A stretch of 64,000 nucleotides of DNA from NCBI GenBank assembly GCA_049322475.1, contig JBMOQZ010000316.1, positions 918-64,917 of the forward strand. The letters are read 5' to 3'. The stretch is from Myxococcota bacterium. GTDB taxonomy: Bacteria > Myxococcota_A > UBA796 > SXON01. The position numbers were made by a program, and so were the translations under genes. Under the pieces are notes generated by a model. The model made no database searches. It worked only from the letters and a program-made list of their open reading frames with translations, and was not told the DNA's origin. Below, in pieces: positions 46,046 through 54,007 of this stretch (the stretch's first letter is position 1; each line of letters starts with the position of its first letter).

Positions 46046-48055
46046 GTGGACTGGCTGCGCTGGACCTGGTGCCTCCCGCAGACGCTCGTGTCGCGGGTGG
46101 CCCGGGCCGTCGTGCCGGGGCGGCGCGTGGAGCGCGACGGGGCCGTCGTCGTCTACACGCCGTGGATGGCGCGGATCGGCGGCGTCTGCCTCGGCGACAC
46201 CATCCTCGTGGGGCCGGACGCCTCCGACGACCTCGTCGCGCACGAGTGGGGCCACTACCGGCAGTCGCTCGCGCTCGGGTGGCTCTACTACGTCGTGATC
46301 GGCGTCCCGAGCGTCACCCACGCGCTGTGGTGGCGGAGGTTCGGGGGTCGCCAGCCGCACCGGTACTTCCACTTCTACACGGAGGCGTGGGCGGACGCGT
46401 GGGGCGGCGTGTACGAGCGCCACGCGCACGTCCACCCGCACTGGTCGCGCTACGCGATCCTGCCCGCGCTGCTCCTGCTCGTCCCCGTCCTGACGTGGCG
46501 GGCGTTCGGGCACGCGCTCGGCTTCGGGTTCACCGACGTCGACGCGCTCGCCGACGTCGCCGTCGCCGGCCGGCCGCTCTCCGAGCAGTGGCTCGCGCCG
46601 CTCACCGGCGGCTACGGCAAGGACAACGCCGCGTTCTGGCGACCCGCGGCGATGCTGCAGTTCTGGGCGCAGCGGCGGCTGTTCGGCTGGGAGCCCGCGG
46701 GCTGGCACGCGTGGGACCTCGCCGCGCACGTCGTCGCGACCTGGGCGTTCGCGGCGTTCGCGTCGGGGACCCTGCGCTTCGCGGGGCATCCGCGCGCGAG
46801 CCTGCTTTCGGGCGTGGCGGCGTGTGTGTTCGCCGTGCACCCGCTCGCCGAGGAGATCGTCCCGGCGATCGCCCGGAACATCGATCTGCTGCTGGGGATC
46901 GGCTTCTACGGCGCCCTCGCGGCGCTCGTCGCGGCGCAGGCGGCGCGGCGGGAGCGGCGGCCGGCGGCCGGGTGGACGGCGTTGTACGTGGCCGGCGTCG
47001 TGCTCGCGCTGGGGGCGAAGGAGGCCGGCGTGCTCGTGCCGGTCGCCGCCGCCGCGTGGATCCTCGCGCTGCGCGGCGACCTCGACCTCCGCGCGCGGAT
47101 CCGCGAGGCCGCGGCGTACACGGTTCCCCTCGCCCCGCTCGTCGGGGCCTACCTCGCGGTGCGCGCGCGCGTGCTCGGCGGGCTCGGCGGGTACTACGCC
47201 TCGGAGGAGCTGCTCGACCACGTCGGCGGGGGCTTCGGCCGCGGGCTGGTGGAGCCGCTGCTGCCGTCGATCTCGCGCCTGCTCGCGCTCGGCGGGGGCG
47301 TGCCCGGGGGCCTCGCCGCGGTCGCGATCTGGGCCGCGCTCCTCGCGTGCCTGCGGCCCCACGCGCGCGTCGCCGCCGCGCTCGCCGGCGTGTACGTCCC
47401 GTGGATCGTGCTGCTGGATCTGACCGGCGCGTACACCCGCCGCGTCGTCTACGTGCCCACCGCGGCGCTGTGCCTGCTCGTCGTGCTCGCGGGCGCCGAG
47501 GCGTGGCGGCGACGTCACGTCGCGGGGCTCGCCGCGGCCGCGGCCGTGGGGATCGTCTGGGCGTGGGGATCGCCGGCGATCCGGCGATACGACGACTGGG
47601 GCGTGTCCGCGGCGGTGGCGGCGTCGCTGACCGATGCGGCCCACTGGACGGATCTGCCGACGGGGACCACGGTGTATCTGGTGGATCGACCGTCGCGCGT
47701 GGACGTGGACCCTCGCCGGGACCGGCTCTGGTCGAGCCGGCGCAGCCTCAACAACTGCGTGGCGTCGTACGCGATCCAGGCGTGGGCGGACGAGCGGTTC
47801 CCCGGGATGAAGGTCCGCAACCTGACCATCGTGGTGCCGGAGGCGCCGCTGGACGTCGCGACGGTGGAGCACGACGGCGACCGCGTGGTCGTCTCGCGCC
47901 GGCCGGTCCCGCGGTCGATCCTCACGCCGAAGGGGGCCCTCGCCCGGGAGGAGGACGGTCATCTGGTGGTCGAGCCCGATCGGGCGCGTCCCGCCGCGAT
48001 CCTCGTGTGGACGGGCGCGGACGCCGTCCGGGTGTGGCCGTGGCCGGCGCGATAG
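46046..48055 (+). CDS. Polytopic membrane protein: N-terminal HExxH segment + GT-C/PMT_2-like multi-TM region + soluble C-terminal domain
   Basis: GTG 46046 lies 4 nt after the crotonase stop. The HExxH is LVAHEWGHYRQS. It has at least 10 predicted TM helices. The GT-C resemblance is by eye only. Confidence 0.65.
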   Translation: MDWLRWTWCLPQTLVSRVARAVVPGRRVERDGAVVVYTPWMARIGGVCLGDTILVGPDASDDLVAHEWGHYRQSLALGWLYYVVIGVPSVTHALWWRRFGGRQPHRYFHFYTEAWADAWGGVYERHAHVHPHWSRYAILPALLLLVPVLTWRAFGHALGFGFTDVDALADVAVAGRPLSEQWLAPLTGGYGKDNAAFWRPAAMLQFWAQRRLFGWEPAGWHAWDLAAHVVATWAFAAFASGTLRFAGHPRASLLSGVAACVFAVHPLAEEIVPAIARNIDLLLGIGFYGALAALVAAQAARRERRPAAGWTALYVAGVVLALGAKEAGVLVPVAAAAWILALRGDLDLRARIREAAAYTVPLAPLVGAYLAVRARVLGGLGGYYASEELLDHVGGGFGRGLVEPLLPSISRLLALGGGVPGGLAAVAIWAALLACLRPHARVAAALAGVYVPWIVLLDLTGAYTRRVVYVPTAALCLLVVLAGAEAWRRRHVAGLAAAAAVGIVWAWGSPAIRRYDDWGVSAAVAASLTDAAHWTDLPTGTTVYLVDRPSRVDVDPRRDRLWSSRRSLNNCVASYAIQAWADERFPGMKVRNLTIVVPEAPLDVATVEHDGDRVVVSRRPVPRSILTPKGALAREEDGHLVVEPDRARPAAILVWTGADAVRVWPWPAR

Positions 48056-48110
48056 GCCCGGCTCCTCGCGTGTTGCAATTGGGAGCGGAAACGGCTTGAC
48101 TGTCCCTCGG

Positions 48111-48860
48111 ATGACACCGCTGCGCGCGCTCCGCCACGCGGCCACCGCGCTCTCCGGCGCCGCGCACGGCGGTCGGGAGATGGCGCCGTCGGTCGACCTC
48201 GGCACCCAGGCGCTGGCGAGCATCCCGACGGAGACGACCGCGCTCGCCGGCGGCGACGCCGAGGCCCTCGCGCAGCGCCCCGAGCTGGGCGCGTGGCTGA
48301 CGGGCATCGCGTCGTGGCTCACCGGCGCGGAGGAGATCGATCTGTCCCGGCCGGTGCCGCACGGGCGGCTGTCGCTCTGGCCGCTGCTCGCGGAGGGGGA
48401 CGGTCCGTTCGACCCCGCGCGGCTCGGCGGCGTGGTGCCCGAGGGCTCGGTCTGGCTCGCGGCGCGCGACGCGCAGCGCTTCTTCTCGCAGGCGGCCGAG
48501 CGGCTGGAGCTGGTCGGCACGGAGCGCGCCGCGACGTGGGCGTCACGCCTGCGCGCGCCCGAGGGCAACGTGGCGCTGGTGGGGCGCATCGTCGACGCCG
48601 TGGGGCTCGCCATGGACGGCGACGAGCAGTGGGCGGCCCTGCGCCTGCGCGTCACCTGCCCCGACGCCGCCACCGCCCGCCAGACACAGTTCCTCCTGCA
48701 CGGCTGGCGGATGCGGAAGGCGCTCGCGGACAGCCCCGCGGGGCGCGTGTTCGCCGCCTCCGAGATCGTGCGCGACGGCGTGCGCGTGGAGATGGCGATG
48801 CCCGGCGAGACGGGCGTGATCGTGGGGTTGTTCGCGCGGCCGGCCCGCGCGCCGTCGTAG
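48111..48860 (+). CDS. Hypothetical protein
   Basis: ATG 48111 lies within track ORF 48096..48860 (TTG). The composition is protein-like. No motif was recognised. Confidence 0.55.
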   Translation: MTPLRALRHAATALSGAAHGGREMAPSVDLGTQALASIPTETTALAGGDAEALAQRPELGAWLTGIASWLTGAEEIDLSRPVPHGRLSLWPLLAEGDGPFDPARLGGVVPEGSVWLAARDAQRFFSQAAERLELVGTERAATWASRLRAPEGNVALVGRIVDAVGLAMDGDEQWAALRLRVTCPDAATARQTQFLLHGWRMRKALADSPAGRVFAASEIVRDGVRVEMAMPGETGVIVGLFARPARAPS

Positions 48861-48869
48861 AGTGCGTGC

Positions 48870-49319
48870 ATGGCACGCGACGTCGAGGAAGCCGAGCGGA
48901 TCACGCGGGAGGTGCGCGACGCGGCGCGCGACGCGCGGCTCGTGGGCAAGCGCCGCGAGCCGGGCGGCACGCCCGGCGGCATGGGCGAGTTCGTGGTGGG
49001 CGTGCTCATGACGCTCGCCGGCGGCGGGCTGCTCGTGTCGCGCATGATGGTCTCGAGCGGGCTCGGCGCCCTGTTCGGCTTCAACGTGACGGGGCCGGCG
49101 CTGCTCGGGATGCTGGTCGGCTTCGGGTTCCTGTTCTTCTCGGCGCGCAGCGTGGTGGGCTGGCTGCTCACCGTCGGGTCGTTCCTGACCATCTTCGTCG
49201 CGGTGCTCGCCGGCCTGCGGGTGTGGCTCGCGCCCACGCCCTTCCCGATCCTCGTCGGCATCTTCGTGTTGCTCGGGGGCGGGCTCGGCCTCGTCGCGAA
49301 GGCCGTGCGGGCGCACTGA
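48870..49319 (+). CDS. Small membrane protein, charged N-terminus + 4 predicted TM helices
   Basis: 149 aa. MARDVEEAERITREVRDAARDARLVGKRRE is followed by four hydrophobic stretches. It starts 9 nt after the previous stop, and its own stop is directly followed by the next start. Confidence 0.65.
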   Translation: MARDVEEAERITREVRDAARDARLVGKRREPGGTPGGMGEFVVGVLMTLAGGGLLVSRMMVSSGLGALFGFNVTGPALLGMLVGFGFLFFSARSVVGWLLTVGSFLTIFVAVLAGLRVWLAPTPFPILVGIFVLLGGGLGLVAKAVRAH

Positions 49320-50198
49320 TTGGACCTGCGCGCGCGGACGATCCTGCTCGCGGTGGGCGGCTCGCGCGCCTACGGCATCCACCGGCCCGACTCCGACACC
49401 GACGTGAAGGGCGTGGCGATCCCGCCGGCGGTGTACTTCCACGGCGTTTGGTCGCGGTTCGAGCAGAGCGGGGACGTGGCCGTGTTCGCCGACCTCGTGG
49501 GGCCCTGCGAGGGCGTCGTGTTCGACATCCGCAAGTTCCTCGCGCTCGCCGCCGAGTGCAACCCCAACATCCTCGACGTGTTGTTCTGTCGCGACGAGGA
49601 GGTGCGGCTCGTCACGCCGCTCGGGCGGCGCCTGCGCGACGCGCGCGAGCTCTTCGTCACCGCGCGGGCGCGCTTCACGTTCGGCGAGTACGCCGCGGCG
49701 CAGCTCAAGCGCATCAAGGGGCACCGGCGGTGGTTGCTCGACCCGCCGAAGGGGCCGCCGGACCGCGCCGCCTGCGGGCCCGCCGAGTACCTCGCCGCGC
49801 GGCGGGCGTGGCGCCAGTACGAGGAGTGGCGGACGAAGCGCAACCCCGCGCGGGCGGCGCTGGAGGCGCGCGCGGGCTTCGACACCAAACACGCGGCCCA
49901 CCTCGTGCGGCTACTGCGCATGGGCCGGGAGATCCTCGAGACCGGGCGCGTGAACGTGTGGCGCGAGGACGCCGAGGAGCTGAAGGCCATCCGGGACGGG
50001 GCGTGGCCGTACGAGCGGGTCGTCGAGGTCGCCGAGGCCGGCGAGCGCGCGCTCGCGGAGCTCTGGGAGTCGGGGCGCCACGTGGTGCCGGCCACCCCGG
50101 ACCGCGACGCGATCGAGCGGTTGGGGGTGGAGTTGGTCGAGGAGGCGATCGGGTACAGAGGGTCCCAATGCAATGGAGGCGGCCGACAGACCCCCTGA
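49320..50198 (+). CDS. Pol-beta-superfamily nucleotidyltransferase (PF10127/RlaP-like)
   Basis: TTG 49320 follows immediately after the TGA. The NTase motif is GGSRAYGIHRPDSDTDVKGV (GS...DxD). The helical C-terminal domain is typical of the family. Confidence 0.7.
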   Translation: MDLRARTILLAVGGSRAYGIHRPDSDTDVKGVAIPPAVYFHGVWSRFEQSGDVAVFADLVGPCEGVVFDIRKFLALAAECNPNILDVLFCRDEEVRLVTPLGRRLRDARELFVTARARFTFGEYAAAQLKRIKGHRRWLLDPPKGPPDRAACGPAEYLAARRAWRQYEEWRTKRNPARAALEARAGFDTKHAAHLVRLLRMGREILETGRVNVWREDAEELKAIRDGAWPYERVVEVAEAGERALAELWESGRHVVPATPDRDAIERLGVELVEEAIGYRGSQCNGGGRQTP

Positions 50199-50329
50199 AT
50201 GCAAGATCGACGCGCAGCGGCACGGACCAACGCCGATTTTTTCAGCAGGCGCGCGCGAGCAAGGGTCCAAACCTTGCACCCATGCGATCTGTCGGCCGGA
50301 GACCTTGCATTCGGGGCGTCTGTACCGCT

Positions 50330-51133
50330 TCAGTGCTCCCACAGGGGGGACACCCCGACGACCGCCCCGTCCGGCCAGCGCCCGCGCACCTGGAACGCGC
50401 CCTCCGTGACGGGCTCTGGGATCGCGGCGGGGTCGAAGCGATCGGGGCAGAAGCTCCAGCGGACGCGGGCGTGGGGCGGCGCGGCGTCGGCGAGCGCCTC
50501 CACCGTCGGGAGGGTGGGTCCGAAGACGTCGTGGACGACGAGGGTGTCGCCGCGGAGCTCCCACGCGGCGGCCCAGTCGGCGCCGGGCACGGCGAAGAAC
50601 CAGCGATCGAGGGCACGCGCGAGCGCCGCGTCGATGACGGGGAGCGAGCCGGGGTCGCGGGAGCAGAGCACCTCCGACACCGGCGCGCGGCCCGCGAACG
50701 GGACGCGGGCGACGTCGACGGGGACGGCTCGCCCGCGCCCCCCCGCGCGGTCGGAGACCCAGGTGTACGTGGGGACCACGCGGAAGCCGAACTTCGCGTA
50801 CAGCGCGGGGTGGTCGGTGTGGAGCTTGGCTGTGTCCCAGCGCGCGTCGACGAACGCCAGCGCCTCCTCGAGGAGGCGCCGCACGAGGCCGCGCCCGCGC
50901 GCGTCCGGGTGGGAGCACACGGCGTGGATGCCGGCGACGGCGCGGTCCTCGCCGAGGAGGCGGACCGGGTGCTCGAGGACGCCGACGTGGGCGAGCGCGC
51001 GATCGCCCTCGAACCACGCGAACGGCGTGGTGACGGCGGCCCAGGGGTACCCGAGCGCCTCGGCGCGGGCGACGCGGGCGGACATGTCGGGCCAGACGGC
51101 GTCGAAGAGGGTGAAGGCGGCGGGCCAGCGCAT
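50330..51133 (-). CDS. GNAT-family acetyltransferase with a C-terminal extension (Eis-like layout)
   Basis: ATG 51133 (GTG 51148 is an alternative). The acetyl-CoA motif is VCSHPDARGRGLVRRLL. Confidence 0.7.
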   Translation of the reverse strand: MRWPAAFTLFDAVWPDMSARVARAEALGYPWAAVTTPFAWFEGDRALAHVGVLEHPVRLLGEDRAVAGIHAVCSHPDARGRGLVRRLLEEALAFVDARWDTAKLHTDHPALYAKFGFRVVPTYTWVSDRAGGRGRAVPVDVARVPFAGRAPVSEVLCSRDPGSLPVIDAALARALDRWFFAVPGADWAAAWELRGDTLVVHDVFGPTLPTVEALADAAPPHARVRWSFCPDRFDPAAIPEPVTEGAFQVRGRWPDGAVVGVSPLWEH

Positions 51134-51185
51134 GCCCGAGCCTCGCACGTGGCCCAGCGCCGCGGGGTGCCTATCTTGCGTGCCG

Positions 51186-51923
51186 ATGGAAACGGCGGAC
51201 GCTCGGAATCACCTCGTCACCCTCTACTCGAACGACCCTTTCCTCGCCGAGGCCGTGGCCCGGTTCGTGGGCGCCGCGCTGGGCGAGGGCGACGGCGCGC
51301 TGGTCGTCGCCACGCCCCCGCACTGGCGACGCGTGCGCGAGCGCCTCGAGGAGTCCGCGTTCGACGTCGACGCGGTGGTCGACCGCGGGCAGCTGGTCGT
51401 CCTGGACGCGGCCGAGACCCTGCAGGAGCTGCTCGGGAGCGGCCTGACCGACCTCGGCCTCGCCGTCGGGCCGCGCCTCGCCGGCATCCGCGCCGTCACG
51501 CGCAGGCCGCGCGTGCGCGTCTTCGGCGAGATGGTCAACCTCCTGTGGGAGGGCGGCGAGCACGCCGCGGCCCTGCGGCTCGAGGCGTTGTGGGACGCGC
51601 TCTTGTCCCGCGAGGCCGCCACGCTCCTCTGCGCCTATCGCTCCGATCCGCTCTCCCCCGACGCGGACATCCTCGACGTCGCGCGCGCGCACGATCGCGT
51701 GGTCGCCGCCGCCGACGGGATCCGCGTCCTACGGGGTCTGGAGCGGGCGGTGGACGAGGTGCTGGGGCCGGGGCGGGCCGCGATGCTGCGCGTCGTCGTC
51801 GCCGCCGAGCACCCCAGCGTCCGCGAGGAGGGATCCGCCGAGTTGCTCGTCCTCTGGCTCCGCGCGCGCATGCCGAAGCTGGGCGAGCGGGTGATGGTGC
51901 TGGCGAGTAGGTATGCGGAGTAG
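51186..51923 (+). CDS. MEDS-domain protein (DcmR-like sensory domain)
   Basis: ATG 51186 lies in the frame of track ORF 50199..51923. The pattern HLVTLYSNDPFLAEAVARFVGAALGEGDGALVVATP ... VFGEMV resembles PF14417. Confidence 0.65.
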   Translation: METADARNHLVTLYSNDPFLAEAVARFVGAALGEGDGALVVATPPHWRRVRERLEESAFDVDAVVDRGQLVVLDAAETLQELLGSGLTDLGLAVGPRLAGIRAVTRRPRVRVFGEMVNLLWEGGEHAAALRLEALWDALLSREAATLLCAYRSDPLSPDADILDVARAHDRVVAAADGIRVLRGLERAVDEVLGPGRAAMLRVVVAAEHPSVREEGSAELLVLWLRARMPKLGERVMVLASRYAE

Positions 51924-52017
51924 GGGGGAAGGGGCGGCGGTGCCCACGAGGACGTGGCCCGTCGGAGGCGGATGGAGGCGGCGCGGTGAGTCCTGCGGGC
52001 AGGGGCGCCGGAGCCCA

Positions 52018-52437
52018 TCACCTCCGCCAGGTCTCGACGCGTATGTCCGTGAAGGGCGCGAAGTCCTTCGCGTTCGCGGTCACGAGCGTGAGGTCGTGGA
52101 TGTGCGCGATGGACGCGATCTGGCCGTCCACGAAGGGTGTGGGGCGTCCGACGCGCTCGAGCTCCACGCGTTGCGCCGCGTGCCATTCGGCCGCGGCGTG
52201 GTCGTAGGCGAGCACGGGGAAGTTGGGACGGACCACGCGCTCGAGGAAGCGCCGGAGCGCGTCCCGCCGGCGTCCCGCCTCGAGGCGCTCCGTCCCGTGG
52301 CGGAGCTCGTGCCAGACGGGGGAGGGAATGGCGAGCCGGCCCTCCAGCGCGGCGACCTTCTGGGGCAACGGGTCGTCCGGGGCCGCGCGAAACAGGTCGG
52401 AGACGACGTTCGTGTCCAGCAGGTGTGTGACCCTCAA
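52018..52437 (-). CDS. vapC: PIN-domain toxin VapC
   Basis: TTG 52437 overlaps the antitoxin stop (TTGA). The acidic residues are LLDTNVV...E...D...TAN, and the product is 139 aa. Confidence 0.85.
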   Translation of the reverse strand: MRVTHLLDTNVVSDLFRAAPDDPLPQKVAALEGRLAIPSPVWHELRHGTERLEAGRRRDALRRFLERVVRPNFPVLAYDHAAAEWHAAQRVELERVGRPTPFVDGQIASIAHIHDLTLVTANAKDFAPFTDIRVETWRR

Positions 52438-52709
52438 AGGCGCACCTTTCTGCCGGGCGAACGATCCCGCATGCCCTCGAAGACCTCGGGGGGAGCAAGG
52501 TCCTCCTCGCGCACGCCGTCTCTCCAGCGCCGGAAGTCCGTCAGGAAACCGGTGTGGGCACCCTTCAGGCGCTCGTATTCGGGGAGAGAGAGCACGACCG
52601 CGACGGGCTCGCCACGACGGGTGATCTCGACCAGCTCCCCGTCCTCGACCGCATCGAGGAGTGTGGGAAGCTGGGCGCGAGCGTCCGCGACGGAGAAGCG
52701 GCGCGTCAT
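52434..52709 (-). CDS. Phd/YefM-family antitoxin
   Basis: ATG 52709 gives MTRRFSVADARAQLPTLLDAVEDGELVEITRRGEPVAVVLSLPEYERL. The upstream in-frame GTG 52739 lies inside the putative operator. Confidence 0.85.
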   Translation of the reverse strand: MTRRFSVADARAQLPTLLDAVEDGELVEITRRGEPVAVVLSLPEYERLKGAHTGFLTDFRRWRDGVREEDLAPPEVFEGMRDRSPGRKVRL

Positions 52710-52717
52710 CCCGGCCT

Positions 52718-52743
52718 CGTGTACACGATGAATGTACACGTAC
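52718..52743. promoter_or_regulatory. Putative operator of the phd-vapC operon: perfect palindrome CGTGTACACG plus a second TGTACACG 13 bp away
   Basis: Read directly. It is an AT-richer patch 9-34 nt upstream of ATG 52709. TA antitoxins typically autoregulate through such repeats. Confidence 0.4.
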
Positions 52744-52987
52744 GGGTGGGCTCCGCAAAGGGCGTCGGCGTCAGGGGGGAGGGCAGCGCCGGTGCCACGC
52801 GCATGTCCTCGAGGTCGTGCTCGGACGCGAGGACACGATCAAGGGAACCGACGGCGTGGCCCCCAACGACCCGACCTTGCGCGCGGGCGGGGCGAGACGT
52901 GACAGCGTCGTCCCGCCCGAGCACGAGGCCGAGGACGAGGTCGTGCACGAGGTCGAGATCGAGCACGAACACCCGCGCGACGCCGAA

Positions 52988-53040
52988 CACCCCTCACCCG
53001 GCCTTCGGCCACCCTCATCCCCCTTCGGGGGAGCGGGGCG
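52988..53040. repeat. REP-G family copy
   Basis: CACCCCTCACCCGGCCTTCGGCCACCCTCATCCCCCTTCGGGGGAGCGGGGCG aligns with 38948.. and 55021... It lies immediately 3' of the IDH-like gene stop. Confidence 0.55.
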
Positions 53041-53045
53041 TCGCT

Positions 53046-54005
53046 TCAGAGGCTCGCGATCAAGATCCCCCTCACCTCCGCGCACTTCGTCGTCCCGCCC
53101 ATGTCGTGCGTCCGCACCCCCGCCGCCAGCGCCTTCTCCACCGCGCCGCGCAGCCGCCGGGCGGCGTCGATCTCGCCGAGGTGCTTCAGCATGTCCGCCG
53201 CGAGCAACACCATCGGGAGCGGGTTGGCGCCGTCCTCGCCTACCTCGGCGGCGATGGGGCCGTGTGGGTTCTCGAAGAGCACCACGCCGGGGCCGTAGCC
53301 CACGCCCGTCGCGACCGTCACGCCGCCCGCCATGCCGGCGGCGCAGTCGCTGACGATGTCGCCGAAGAGGTTGCCGCAGAGGAGCACGTCGAAGTCGCGC
53401 GGGCGGCGCACGAGCCGCATGCACAACGCGTCGACGATGATGTCGTCGTGCCGGATGCCGGGGAATTGGGCGGCGACCTCGCGGCTCGTCGACAGGAACA
53501 TGCCGTCGGCCTTCTTCAGGATGTTCGCCTTGTGGACCGTGGTGACCTTGCCGCGCCCGTTCTTCGCCGCGAACTCGAAGGCGAAGCGGGCGATGCGCTC
53601 GCACGCGGCCTTCGTCGTGACCTTCACGCTCTCGAACACGCCGTCGGTGCTCTCGTGCTCGAAGCCGGCGTAGATGTCCTCGCTGGCCTCGCGCACGATC
53701 ACGAGGTCGGTCTCGGGCGCGCGCGCGGGCAGGCCGGGGACGTGCCGCACGTGGCGCACGATGGCGTGGATGCCGAGGGCCCTGCGGAACTGCACGGTGA
53801 ACGGCTGCTTGCCCGGCGTGGGCGTCGCCGCGACCTTGCCCTTCAGCGCGACGCCGGTGCGGCGGACGCTGGCGACCATCGCGTCGACGTCCTCGTTCTG
53901 GACGTCCCACTTCACGTTCACGCCGGCGGCGGCGACCACGTCGCGGGCGACCTCCGCGGCGCGGGGACCGAGGCCGCTGCCCGGGATGAGGGTGACTTCG
54001 TGCAT
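53046..54005 (-). CDS. Isocitrate/isopropylmalate dehydrogenase family protein, divergent (IDH3 beta/gamma-like, possibly regulatory) subunit
   Basis: ATG 54005 gives 319 aa. It retains VHKANILK and NLFGDIVSD. It has PGSGLGP instead of GDGIGPE, and FENPHGPIAAEVGEDGANP instead of HGTAPDIAGK. Confidence 0.8.
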   Translation of the reverse strand: MHEVTLIPGSGLGPRAAEVARDVVAAAGVNVKWDVQNEDVDAMVASVRRTGVALKGKVAATPTPGKQPFTVQFRRALGIHAIVRHVRHVPGLPARAPETDLVIVREASEDIYAGFEHESTDGVFESVKVTTKAACERIARFAFEFAAKNGRGKVTTVHKANILKKADGMFLSTSREVAAQFPGIRHDDIIVDALCMRLVRRPRDFDVLLCGNLFGDIVSDCAAGMAGGVTVATGVGYGPGVVLFENPHGPIAAEVGEDGANPLPMVLLAADMLKHLGEIDAARRLRGAVEKALAAGVRTHDMGGTTKCAEVRGILIASL

Positions 54006-54007
54006 GG

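Noticed and set aside
50215-50245. Sigma-54-like promoter (GGCACG ... ) in GCGGCACGGACCAACGCC
   Set aside because: The -12 element TTGC(A/T) is missing at the required spacing. The site also lies between two convergent stop codons with no downstream gene to drive.
45578-51910. Very long ORFs 45578..49261 (-), 48293..51910 (+), 46069..48099 (+)
   Set aside because: They overlap five to seven better-supported genes in other frames. Their translations are dominated by R, P, G and A runs with no TM or enzyme motifs.
52706-52990. 94-aa minus-strand ORF upstream of the antitoxin, ending in an ATGA overlap with its start
   Set aside because: No recognisable fold or motif. Its 3' end contains the AT-rich palindromic operator/promoter patch of the TA operon, and its 5' end abuts the REP-G copy. 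The first half shows some GC3 bias, so a decayed gene remnant cannot be excluded.
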